The notes below the pieces were generated by a model. The model worked only from the letters and a program-made list of their open reading frames with translations, did not search any database and was not told the origin of the DNA. A program made the position numbers and the translations under genes. 64,000 nt of DNA from Fidelibacterota bacterium (lineage in GTDB: Bacteria; Fidelibacterota; Marinisomatia; Marinisomatales; TCS55), in NCBI GenBank assembly GCA_046861385.1, contig JBHHTW010000004.1, positions 53,756 through 117,755 of the forward strand. Reading direction: 5' to 3'. Below are positions 29,493 through 39,012 of the stretch, piece after piece (position 1 is the first letter of the stretch; the number at the start of each line of letters is the position of its first letter).

Positions 29493-31892
29493 ATGAATCG
29501 TTTCATCAAAATGTGGTTTATTCGGCAGAGCCTTAATCATTCCAAACGAATCACCCGGATAATGATATTATTATCTCTGATTTTGATCACAGGATTAAGC
29601 GGAAATATACTGTATGTAGCGAAATGGCTGGGAGAATGGATACTTCCAGAGCAGACAGCCGTCAGGATTTTTCCTTCAGCCTACGATGATTTCGCTGATC
29701 AATTACCCCATATAGTCGTTGACGAAGATGTGATGAAATTACTCCCTCAAACTATCGAAGCACGAATTACTTGGGAAAATGTGAGAGAAGAATTCGGCAG
29801 TACGGATATGGCTTTTATTGCATTTGGGCTGCATGGGAAATCTGTTTTCGATGAGAAACTGTTGGCATCGTTGTGGGATGCAAGTAAAGCCTTGGAAGAG
29901 GTACCGCAGGTTGACGAAGTCATGTCTATATCAACAGCTGATCGTATGGACAGTGACGAAGGTTTTCTCGAAATCAGTAGCCTCCAGCCTTCCAGAAATC
30001 TGACTATTTATGAGGTTCGAGATATTGAGCAATACCTAGGAAAATTCCCAAGCCTGAAGAAACGTATGGTGAGTCGTCATGATGATTATGTGAATATCAT
30101 GATAAAGCCCCAGACAGATATAGAGAATAACGTTCTGCACGACAAGATGGTGGAAATTGCCGATAGATTCCTGGGTGATTACGAAATCCACTACGGTGGT
30201 ATGCCTTATATATTTGGAACTATTCCAGCACTTATGCTGGAAGATGTCCTGATCCTAATGATACTTGGCATCGGTATTTTGATCACTGTTTTGGCTGTAA
30301 ACTTCCGCAGCGCTACCGCTGTCAAACTAGTCTGGAGTGTGATTGTTCTTTCCCTTTTGTCGATGATGGGTTTCATGGGTTGGGTTGTAACCTTGACTGG
30401 TTCAGAAAAATTTCATTTCACCATGATGAATTCTTCCATGCCAATTATTATGCTTACAATCGCTGCAGCAGATGGTGTTCACATCCTGGCGAAATTTTTT
30501 CGGGAATTGCGGGAGCGAAAACATGTAGAGGAGGCGATTCGTGTAACCATGGACAGACTCTTGTTACCTGTGTTCTTGACGAGCCTGACTACCGTCGTTG
30601 CTTTCCTATCTTTAATCTATGCTCCCATCGAACAGTTTACGGGTTATGGTTTCACCATTGCATTTGGGATTACTTGGGCATGGCTTCTGTCATCACTGTT
30701 TCTTCCTTCCATGATCGTCCAACACAAATGGGACTTGAACTCAAAAGCGGTAACGCATCAGAGTTTCATCGAAAAGATATTAAGCATATATGGAAGAAAT
30801 ATTATCCGTTATCGGAAAGTAATTCTTGGAATCGGCTCAGGAATAGTCCTCATTGCCGCATTTGGGATACTGTTAGTGGAAGTTGAAGTTGATTTTACAA
30901 AGTTTTTTAAACCAGGATCTGAAATCCGGAATAGTATCGAATTCATGAACCAAGAAATGACCGGAGTGATGGATATCGACATCAGGTTCGAGGGAGACCT
31001 AAAGTCTCCTGATGCCTTGAAAAAAATACAGATCCTTCAGGGGTTTGTTGATTCGCATCCGAATGTGTACTCAACATTCTCCATTGTAGATGTAGTTAAG
31101 CAGATGCATAGGGCAGTTATGGATGATGATCCGGATTTTGAAACCATTCCGGACTCGAGGAATAAAGTGAATAACCTGTTCACACTTTATTCCATGTCTG
31201 GAGATCCGGACGATTTTAGTTCGCTTGTTGATTATGAATATCAAACCGGACTGATGACGGCGCTCATGGGAGGTATTACTACGTCGATGATTGTCAAGTT
31301 TGTCCAAGATACAGAAAATATGATTCAGTCCGTGGCTGGGAATAACATCAAGACAACCATAACAGGGATGCTGGTCATCATGCGCGAGCTGGTGGATTTG
31401 GTTATAAGATCGGCGTTTACCAGTATAGTCGTTTCAATTCTCATGATTTTTCTGATTTCATGGATCTTTTTCAAAAAGGGACTGTTTGCCCTACTTGCTG
31501 TCACGCCACTCATTTCTGCTGTTATCTTGAATTTTGGTTTGATGGGTCTGTTTGGTATGGAACTTTCCCATGTTACGGCAATCCTCTCTGCAATCATTAT
31601 TGGTGTCGGTGTCGACTTTGCCCTACACTACATTGCACAGTATCGCAATATTTCAAAAAGTAGTGTTTCCTCTGAAAAGCTGACGCGTGAAGTTGTAGAA
31701 GATGTGGGTTATCCCATCATCTTGGACGCGGTATCTAACCTAGGGTTTGGAGCACTGTTATTTTCGATATTTGTTCCTGTACAATACATCGGTGGGTTGC
31801 TCATTTTTGCTATGGTATCCACATCTGTGGGAACGTTAACAATACTAGCGGTTATTGCAGAATTGATGAAGAATAAATTAACAAAAAACTAA
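29493..31892 (+). CDS. MMPL/RND family transporter (paralog 2)
   Basis: Colinear with paralog 1 (SMPII.LTIA..DGVH, DVVKQMHR, GVGVDFALHY). Confidence 0.88.
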   Translation: MNRFIKMWFIRQSLNHSKRITRIMILLSLILITGLSGNILYVAKWLGEWILPEQTAVRIFPSAYDDFADQLPHIVVDEDVMKLLPQTIEARITWENVREEFGSTDMAFIAFGLHGKSVFDEKLLASLWDASKALEEVPQVDEVMSISTADRMDSDEGFLEISSLQPSRNLTIYEVRDIEQYLGKFPSLKKRMVSRHDDYVNIMIKPQTDIENNVLHDKMVEIADRFLGDYEIHYGGMPYIFGTIPALMLEDVLILMILGIGILITVLAVNFRSATAVKLVWSVIVLSLLSMMGFMGWVVTLTGSEKFHFTMMNSSMPIIMLTIAAADGVHILAKFFRELRERKHVEEAIRVTMDRLLLPVFLTSLTTVVAFLSLIYAPIEQFTGYGFTIAFGITWAWLLSSLFLPSMIVQHKWDLNSKAVTHQSFIEKILSIYGRNIIRYRKVILGIGSGIVLIAAFGILLVEVEVDFTKFFKPGSEIRNSIEFMNQEMTGVMDIDIRFEGDLKSPDALKKIQILQGFVDSHPNVYSTFSIVDVVKQMHRAVMDDDPDFETIPDSRNKVNNLFTLYSMSGDPDDFSSLVDYEYQTGLMTALMGGITTSMIVKFVQDTENMIQSVAGNNIKTTITGMLVIMRELVDLVIRSAFTSIVVSILMIFLISWIFFKKGLFALLAVTPLISAVILNFGLMGLFGMELSHVTAILSAIIIGVGVDFALHYIAQYRNISKSSVSSEKLTREVVEDVGYPIILDAVSNLGFGALLFSIFVPVQYIGGLLIFAMVSTSVGTLTILAVIAELMKNKLTKN

Positions 31893-31908
31893 TTATGGGG
31901 AATTAATT

Positions 31909-32655
31909 ATGAAAAAACTAACTTTATTACTGATACTTTCGGGTTTGCTTTTTGCCCAGAGCGGTTATGAAATTGCCAAGATGGTTGATGAAAAACCCAC
32001 GCCCAGGGATATGTCGAATAAAACAAAAATGATCTTAACCAACTCTAAGGGTAAGACCCGGATGAATGAGATGATATCTAAATCATTGGATGGCAATAAA
32101 AAACAAATCATTTGGTTTCTGGAGCCAAAAGATGATCGGGGTGTATCCTTTTTAAAAATAGAACATGATAATTCAGATGACGAAATGCGTATGTGGCTGC
32201 CGGCATTTAAAAAGGTACGTAGAATTTCTTCAAAAAAGAAAAGTGATTCATTTATGGGCTCTGACATGAGCTATGAGGATCTAACGAATCGGGATATTGA
32301 TGAGAATGAATATAATAGACTCGGCGACCAAATAGTAAATGGGGTCAAATGTTATGTATTGGAAATCATACCAAAAAAAGAGGCAAAGTCATCATATTCA
32401 AAGCACATTTCATGGATAGCGCAAGATGGTTTGTTTGGCGTTAAGGAAGAATCTTATGATAAACGTGGAAAGATATTTAAGAAAAAAGAGTTTACGTTTC
32501 AGAAAATGAAGGAATATTTTATCGTTGTAAGAGTGTATGTTGAAAATGTCCAAAAAAAGCATTCAACAGAAGTGACTTTTTCAAATATTTCAGTAGATAC
32601 AGGTATCGACAAAAATTTATTTCACGAAAAGAATTTGAAACGGATACCGAAGTGA
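31909..32655 (+). CDS. LolA-like outer-membrane lipoprotein-sorting family protein
   Basis: Signal peptide; F.EP.D.RG..FL, MWLPAFKKVRRI, SFMGSDMSYEDL. Confidence 0.85.
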   Translation: MKKLTLLLILSGLLFAQSGYEIAKMVDEKPTPRDMSNKTKMILTNSKGKTRMNEMISKSLDGNKKQIIWFLEPKDDRGVSFLKIEHDNSDDEMRMWLPAFKKVRRISSKKKSDSFMGSDMSYEDLTNRDIDENEYNRLGDQIVNGVKCYVLEIIPKKEAKSSYSKHISWIAQDGLFGVKEESYDKRGKIFKKKEFTFQKMKEYFIVVRVYVENVQKKHSTEVTFSNISVDTGIDKNLFHEKNLKRIPK

Positions 32656-32656
32656 T

Positions 32657-32974
32657 ATGTCACCATTAAGTCAAAAACACACAATAAACAAATTAACAGA
32701 ATATCAAGATGGTTCTGTCGTTAGCAAAACGCTCATTAAGAAAGATCAGGGAACTGTCACTTTATTTGCTTTTACGGAAGATGAGGGGTTGAGCGAGCAT
32801 ACGGCACCATTTGATGCACTGGTTCTTGTGACCGATGGAACAGCAACAATAACAATCTCTGGAAATGATCATGAAATTTCAGAAGGAGAAATGATCGTGA
32901 TGCCAGCCAATGAACCACACGCAATAAAAGCAGTGACTCCTTTTAAAATGATGCTGGTGATGATCCGGGAATGA
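32657..32974 (+). CDS. Cupin domain protein
   Basis: LSEHTAPFDA...MPANEPHA. Confidence 0.85.
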   Translation: MSPLSQKHTINKLTEYQDGSVVSKTLIKKDQGTVTLFAFTEDEGLSEHTAPFDALVLVTDGTATITISGNDHEISEGEMIVMPANEPHAIKAVTPFKMMLVMIRE

Positions 32975-34251
32975 AAAAACTACTCCTATCAGGGCTCCTA
33001 CTACTGCCGCTTTTTATAAATGCCCAAGTCAGCTATTCCGGTTCTCTTCACCCTGTCACCATGAACAGAACCTCGGATTACTCCGCGATTAATTTACCTT
33101 TTCGAATTGCAGAATTGGAAGTTGGTTTAACAAAAGGAAATTTTGATTTCAAGACCAACTCCACCCTTGAATACAGATGGAAAGAAGGAGAAGCCAATTT
33201 TGACCTTCGGGAAGCATACCTTATTTGGTATCCGAGTTGGGGTGAACTTACCGTTGGGAAGCAAATTCATGCCTGGGGAGCAGTGGATGGCAACAATCCC
33301 ACCGACAACCTGAATCCTTACGATTATTATTTTATGTTTTTACCGGGAACAGAACGAAAAATTGGAACTGTATCCGGATCAGTGAAATATTACAGAAACG
33401 AATTACAATTAGAAGCAGTTATCATCCCGGAGCATGAACCCAATCGATATCCATTTGGTGAAAAAGATTTCCCCATTACAACTGAAGACCCAAGTGATTT
33501 TATACGGAAAGCAAAAGAAGGTAACGAAGTTGGTTTTCGATTACAAACTACTATAGGAAGTAGTGATATGGGGCTTTCGTATTTTTCCGGAAGAGACAGG
33601 GGTTTTTCGCTCGGTGGATACAACTTAGTAGACATGACAATTCCATCAGGAGAAATAATCGTTCAACCGGTTCCTGCATTTTGTTATCGAAAAACAACTT
33701 CAACCGGTCTCGATATTGTGACTTTTGTTGGTGATTTTACACTCCGGGGAGAAGGCGGATATTTTAAGACTAAAAATGATTATTGGTTTTATATGAAAAA
33801 TAAATTGGAAGCATCTTATCTGCAATTTGCCATACAACTGGAATATGTGACTCCCTACGATTTTACACTATCAACCCAATTGATTGGCAATCATGTATAT
33901 TCCTTAACAGGAAAGATTTACGAACAAAGCGAGGGGACGTTTTCGTCCAGGGATGCAACAAAAAATGACTTCCAAACCGGTATGGGTACACCATTTGCCA
34001 TGTTTACTGATTTGGGGTTATTTTTATCCACATCCGTAAATTTATGGGATAATTCCTTAGAGATTAGAGTTAATACATTTCTGGATTTGAAAGACGAACA
34101 ATCTATGGTCGGGAGCAGTGTACTGTATTCACCCATCGAAAATTGGGAAATGGAATGTTCTGTTACTCAACTAATGGGAGCCAAAAATACAACATTTAAT
34201 GAGATAAAAGATTTTTCCAATTTGACATTAGGAATTAAATATAGTTTTTAA
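32971..34251 (+). CDS. Outer-membrane beta-barrel (DUF1302-like)
   Basis: Signal peptide; LREAY, VGKQIHAWGAVDGNNPTDNLNP; C-terminal IKYSF. Confidence 0.72.
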   Translation: MKKLLLSGLLLLPLFINAQVSYSGSLHPVTMNRTSDYSAINLPFRIAELEVGLTKGNFDFKTNSTLEYRWKEGEANFDLREAYLIWYPSWGELTVGKQIHAWGAVDGNNPTDNLNPYDYYFMFLPGTERKIGTVSGSVKYYRNELQLEAVIIPEHEPNRYPFGEKDFPITTEDPSDFIRKAKEGNEVGFRLQTTIGSSDMGLSYFSGRDRGFSLGGYNLVDMTIPSGEIIVQPVPAFCYRKTTSTGLDIVTFVGDFTLRGEGGYFKTKNDYWFYMKNKLEASYLQFAIQLEYVTPYDFTLSTQLIGNHVYSLTGKIYEQSEGTFSSRDATKNDFQTGMGTPFAMFTDLGLFLSTSVNLWDNSLEIRVNTFLDLKDEQSMVGSSVLYSPIENWEMECSVTQLMGAKNTTFNEIKDFSNLTLGIKYSF

Positions 34252-34349
34252 TAGCTATGTTCTACAAACTTACTGAATTAGACATAAGAGTATTCAACTC
34301 CTACCTGCCCGCCCTTCGGACAGGTAAGAATTACATGTCTTTGGAAAAC

Positions 34350-34538
34350 GGAATTCAGATAAGCACGAACCCAGTGGTATAACCTATAGAACCACTTTTC
34401 GTAAAGGTGTTATTTTTAATATTCCCAATATGCGTTGTTGGAGGGCTATACACTATAACAATATTGTTCATAGGTTATAAAACAGAAACTGACTTCGATG
34501 TTCATCTAAGTCTTGGATCTTCAGCTCGTCTGAATTTC
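34350..34538. ncRNA. Candidate structured RNA/DNA element (~190 nt), family unknown
   Basis: Nested complementary segments 34350-34364/34524-34538, 34378-34392/34466-34479, 34393-34409, 34425-34441, 34491-34512. Confidence 0.45.
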
Positions 34539-34710
34539 ACATTGAAAAAGAATCTAGTTAATAAAGGCTGGAACCATAATTTTTATCAAATAAAGGGGTT
34601 ATAAACATTTAAACTTTTATTGGTCATCTATACATTTAATATTATAAATTTCAACGTTTATAACTTGTAAATAAGTTATAAGTTATGTTATTAACAACTA
34701 TGAGGAAATC

Positions 34711-34908
34711 ATGCAAGACGGTACAGTAAAGTTCTTTAATAGAAATAAGAACTACGGTTTTATTTCCGGTGACGATGGTAAAGACTATTTTGTTCATTCC
34801 AGTGGTATAGCCCCAGGGATTTATATCAAGGATGGTGACAAAGTATCTTTTGAAGTCGTTGAAGGCGAAAAAGGACCGAAAGCTGAAAACGTTGAGATTA
34901 TAGACTAG
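34711..34908 (+). CDS. Cold-shock protein (CspA family)
   Basis: GTVKFFN..KNYGFI, DYFVHSS, V.FEV.EG.KGPKA.NV. Confidence 0.95.
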   Translation: MQDGTVKFFNRNKNYGFISGDDGKDYFVHSSGIAPGIYIKDGDKVSFEVVEGEKGPKAENVEIID

Positions 34909-34937
34909 TCTATTTCACATCTGTTAAAATTCAGTGG

Positions 34938-34974
34938 AAAGCCTCCTCTCTTTATGCAGAGGGGGCTTTTTTTT
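34938..34974 (+). terminator. Intrinsic terminator
   Basis: AAAGCCTCCTCT...AGAGGGGGCTTTTTTTT. Confidence 0.85.
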
Positions 34975-35011
34975 ATTATTAATTAGTGAAAATAATGAAA
35001 GTTGGCTTCGA

Positions 35012-35392
35012 TTAATTTAAAATAATTCTATCATCAATATAGACGATTTGCAGCTTCTGAAGCATTAAGGGTGATTTTAAATCTTTCCGTTTAACAGTTT
35101 TTTTAATGAAATCAGCCACCAGAAGATCCAATAAATAATAGTTTGGATGTTCCAAATGTTCTTCAAAAATTTCAATTCTCATGCGTCTGAGCTTCTTTAG
35201 ATCATCCCAGACTTTACCATAATATTTTTCGTAGACTTCTAATAATGGTTTTGTAAATGCCGAGAACCGATCATACTCATCAATGAGCCAGAGTTCTTCA
35301 TCATTAGGATCATACATATTATCATTGATTAATTTCTTAACCAACGCTTCAACTTTGGGCTTACTTCCAGTGTATTTATTTTTATTTGCCAT
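35012..35392 (-). CDS. Hypothetical protein
   Basis: 126-aa ORF, no recognised motif. Confidence 0.6.
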   Translation of the reverse strand: MANKNKYTGSKPKVEALVKKLINDNMYDPNDEELWLIDEYDRFSAFTKPLLEVYEKYYGKVWDDLKKLRRMRIEIFEEHLEHPNYYLLDLLVADFIKKTVKRKDLKSPLMLQKLQIVYIDDRIILN

Positions 35393-35635
35393 ATTTGTTT
35401 ATTCCGTTCATTAAATATTCGTCGATAATTATAATAAGAATAATGTTAATCTCCAACACCAGATTACATAATAGTATAAAACATATTACACATTATGGGT
35501 TGCGTGAAATTGACAGGGATATTGAACTCTTAAATTCAATCAAAATAGTGGATTGTTCATTCATGAAATCAATTCAACATAATTGTTAAAATTTGAGTTG
35601 AGTCTTACTCTAATGCTATATTAATATACTTTTGC

Positions 35636-37645
35636 ATGTGGCAACATAAATACAAAATCAATTCCATAAATCAGATGATGGTGATTAGTTGCTCGGCGCT
35701 TGTTTTTGCTGTTCCACTGATTTATTCCTCCAAATTATTCGAAATCACCCTTTATCCCAAATTCATGGTACTTGCAGTTGTCGTATTCATTCTGATGATT
35801 TTATGGATGATAAAACTTATTAGATACAAAAATCATCTGTTATTTTCAACACCCTTGACCTTGCCGATTTTATTTTTCTTAATTATTAATATTGTATCAT
35901 TGAACGCAGCCGTAAATATTTATGAGAGCTTATTTCCTCTTACCAAATTATTTTTATTAAGTATTCTTTTTTTCATCATTATTAATAATATATCACAAAA
36001 TGGAATTGATCTTATTCTTAAAGTGTGGGCATTTTCCGGGGGAATTATATCTATAGTTGGCATAGGCCAGTACCTTGGTTTTGGATTTGATTGGATTCCT
36101 TCTGCCGGAAATCCCAGTTCGACTTTTGGTTATCGGAATATTGCAGCTATGTTTTTAATAATGACGCTACCCATAACAGGTTTTCTTTTCATCAAATGCC
36201 GTAGAAATTCTCGTATGATATTCTGGGGCATCATTTTTTCATTATTGTCAATTTTTCTTATCTATACACGAACTCGCGGAGCCTGGGTTGGATTAACCGG
36301 GGCATTGGTTTTATCCGCAATCCTATTGAAAATCGTAAATAATAACCAAGTAAATGTCACCCAAAAGCTCCAAAAACAATTTCAATCGAAACAAAAAAGG
36401 ACTATTGCTTTAATTGTTTGTGGAGTCATTGTAATATGTTCTACAATTGACCCAAAAACAGATTTAAGAGGAAGTAAAGCAGAGTTATTCTCAACGGTCT
36501 CATCAATCATTGGAGACGGCGGGGACTCCGGTAGATTTGGTATGTGGAAGGCATCATTGGATATGTTTTCTGATGGATCCAACTGGTTAACGGGTGTTGG
36601 TGTAAATAATTGGCAATTTCTTTATCCTGCATATGCACAGGGTCATATGATTAATTTTTCACATATAACGCGGCATCCGCATAATGATTATCTCTCAATA
36701 TTGACAGAGACAGGTGTCATTGGATTTTTCATATACATATGGCTGCTTCTCACTGTTTTCTCAATGATGTTAAAATTGCTTAAACAAGATACTAATGCTA
36801 TAAATATTCTGCTAACAGTAAGCTTATTTATCAGTTTTACTGCAATATTGATTCACTCCTTCTTTAGTTTTCCAAAAGAACACATCGCTATATCAATGTT
36901 TTTCTGGCTAATTATGTCACTAATAACTACAATATATACCCAATTACATCACCACGGTCTTGAAACACCGATGGATAAAGATATTTTAAAATTAAAGAAC
37001 AATAGAAATATACTATACCAGGCAATAATCATTGGTATGTTAGTTTTTTCCTTCATGTCTATTGGTCTGGCAAAGAAGCACATTTTTTCAGACTACCACT
37101 TTAAAAAAGCATTTCAATATTATTATAGAGAAAATTATTCGGAAGCCATCCAGGAATTAAATAAAGCAGAAATAATGTGGCATAACAGCTGGAAATCCTC
37201 CTACTTATACGGAATAACATTATTAAAAATGAATAATCTCTCTGAGTCAATTTCTCATTTTGAGCGCAGTTTGACTTACAGTCCGTACTTTTTAAAGGTT
37301 CACCATAAATTGGGAATCGCGTATTTCAGAATGAAAAATTATCAGGAAGCCGTTAAACATTTTGCTTATACAATTGTCATTTATCCTGATTATGGTAGGG
37401 GATATTATAACTTAGGTCTTGCTTGGCATAATCTTGGAAATCTTGAAGAAGCAGAGAAAAATTATCGATTAAGCCTGAAACACGATCCAAATATTGGGGG
37501 TGCATATAATAATCTTGGTGTAATCCTGAAGGCCAGAGGTGAAATGGAAAAAGCTCTTATTTATTTTGAAAAAGCTTTAGAACAAAATCCGGATACAATT
37601 GATACGTTGATGAATATCGATAGTTTAAACCTGAATTTAGAATAG
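35636..37645 (+). CDS. O-antigen ligase / O-oligosaccharyltransferase family protein with C-terminal TPRs
   Basis: STFGYRN, TRTRGAW, R..MWK, HPHNDYLSILTETGVIG; TPR motifs YYNLG and AYNNLG. Confidence 0.85.
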   Translation: MWQHKYKINSINQMMVISCSALVFAVPLIYSSKLFEITLYPKFMVLAVVVFILMILWMIKLIRYKNHLLFSTPLTLPILFFLIINIVSLNAAVNIYESLFPLTKLFLLSILFFIIINNISQNGIDLILKVWAFSGGIISIVGIGQYLGFGFDWIPSAGNPSSTFGYRNIAAMFLIMTLPITGFLFIKCRRNSRMIFWGIIFSLLSIFLIYTRTRGAWVGLTGALVLSAILLKIVNNNQVNVTQKLQKQFQSKQKRTIALIVCGVIVICSTIDPKTDLRGSKAELFSTVSSIIGDGGDSGRFGMWKASLDMFSDGSNWLTGVGVNNWQFLYPAYAQGHMINFSHITRHPHNDYLSILTETGVIGFFIYIWLLLTVFSMMLKLLKQDTNAINILLTVSLFISFTAILIHSFFSFPKEHIAISMFFWLIMSLITTIYTQLHHHGLETPMDKDILKLKNNRNILYQAIIIGMLVFSFMSIGLAKKHIFSDYHFKKAFQYYYRENYSEAIQELNKAEIMWHNSWKSSYLYGITLLKMNNLSESISHFERSLTYSPYFLKVHHKLGIAYFRMKNYQEAVKHFAYTIVIYPDYGRGYYNLGLAWHNLGNLEEAEKNYRLSLKHDPNIGGAYNNLGVILKARGEMEKALIYFEKALEQNPDTIDTLMNIDSLNLNLE

Positions 37646-37757
37646 TCGTTTTAAATAAGGAGCGATTTTTATTCAGAAACTCATTGGATAAGTTGCTTAA
37701 AAATCTCCATCTTATTGGGTCAGATAGAAATCTTTATCAATTCCACATTGAGTGTTA

Positions 37758-38384
37758 TTAGCTTAAATATAAATACTTTAATAGAATAAAAGCTGATCCT
37801 ATAATAAAAATAATTCCAAATATCCGGCCATTTTTCATTACCCAAGTATCAATTCGATAGTTCATTTGTACCATAGGAAGTAATGCCATTCTGGTAGAAA
37901 ACCAATGGTTGAAAATATGACTGATCTTTTTCAATAAATCAGTGTTGATTATTAATAAAATCCAAACTGGAATTCCAGCAATAATAAATATTGCCAAAAA
38001 CAACCAAATCGTTCGAAAAAACATCTCAGCTAAAATGGCTACTGTCTCACTGGAAAAAAGGTGCTTTAGCGCTCCCTGAGGGAATTGCCAGGAAATAAAG
38101 TAGTAAAGGAATATCCCTGAACATGCCAGCATGACCCATCCCCAAATTTTATTGTGTTTATAAACATGGCTATCCGTTTCGCGCATGATTTCGAATGGTT
38201 TCAATGATTTCCGTGAGGAATACCAGTGATTGAGTTTATTATTCCATCCGCGAAAGGAATCTGGAATAAAAATAAGGGAAGCCCCGACTATTATCCCAAA
38301 ACAGGAACCGATTATAAAAAACCATTTTAAACTTAGGAATAGTGTTTCTTGAGTGAATAAAATTTCTTTAAGCTGATCAATCAT
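37758..38384 (-). CDS. Hypothetical membrane protein with two internal hairpin repeats
   Basis: About 4 TM helices; NHWYSSR..L.P and NHWFSTR..L.P internal duplication. Confidence 0.75.
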   Translation of the reverse strand: MIDQLKEILFTQETLFLSLKWFFIIGSCFGIIVGASLIFIPDSFRGWNNKLNHWYSSRKSLKPFEIMRETDSHVYKHNKIWGWVMLACSGIFLYYFISWQFPQGALKHLFSSETVAILAEMFFRTIWLFLAIFIIAGIPVWILLIINTDLLKKISHIFNHWFSTRMALLPMVQMNYRIDTWVMKNGRIFGIIFIIGSAFILLKYLYLS

Positions 38385-38449
38385 TTATTTTATTCCTAAT
38401 CAATGAGTCAGTTTTACACGAAAGGTGTAATTCTGACAACTCACATTAT

Positions 38450-38680
38450 CTAGGGCATTGAATAAGTTGTATAGAATAAATAAGCTGCAGAAATCAGCAT
38501 TATGATGCCCCAAAGAATGCGGTTTGAGAGTATTTTTACATCAAATAGACCAATGACTCGATCCAATGCACTGGATAACTTATCAAATTGGTTTGGAGCA
38601 ATTAACATAAGAACTCCAAATAAGATGATCAAAATAGAAATGGTCAATAAAATTGTATTCGTTACAAAATCTACGTTCAT
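38450..38680 (-). CDS. Small 2-TM membrane protein
   Basis: AAAGGA Shine-Dalgarno; same module as neighbours. Confidence 0.7.
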   Translation of the reverse strand: MNVDFVTNTILLTISILIILFGVLMLIAPNQFDKLSSALDRVIGLFDVKILSNRILWGIIMLISAAYLFYTTYSMP

Positions 38681-38718
38681 TATTATTTTCCTTTAATAAA
38701 CAATTAATCTTATTAGTA

Positions 38719-38925
38719 TCAAATAACCAGATATAACATTAAACAACCGAGTAAGATTGTTAATATGCCAAAGAGAACTCTATTTTTTTTATAATACTGT
38801 GAGGAGTCGATACTTTTATTCATGACTTCACTGGTTTTGATCAGCGCTTTGGGCGCAGCTAACAGCATAATGCTTAAAAATAAAGCCAACGTTGCTGCTA
38901 AAATAAAAAATGTTTTGTATTCCAT
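38719..38925 (-). CDS. Small 2-TM membrane protein
   Basis: Same module as neighbours; same strand as the pilin operon. Confidence 0.7.
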   Translation of the reverse strand: MEYKTFFILAATLALFLSIMLLAAPKALIKTSEVMNKSIDSSQYYKKNRVLFGILTILLGCLMLYLVI

Positions 38926-39012
38926 GTATTAATATTCCATTCCTAATTAATTAATCGGGTGAAAAGTAATCATTATTATTCAATAACCGAAAACCTTTCC
39001 TGCTTTGAATAA

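Noticed and set aside
34407-34604. 65-aa ORF in the track
   Set aside because: GTG start, no recognisable motif, and it overlaps the structured element.
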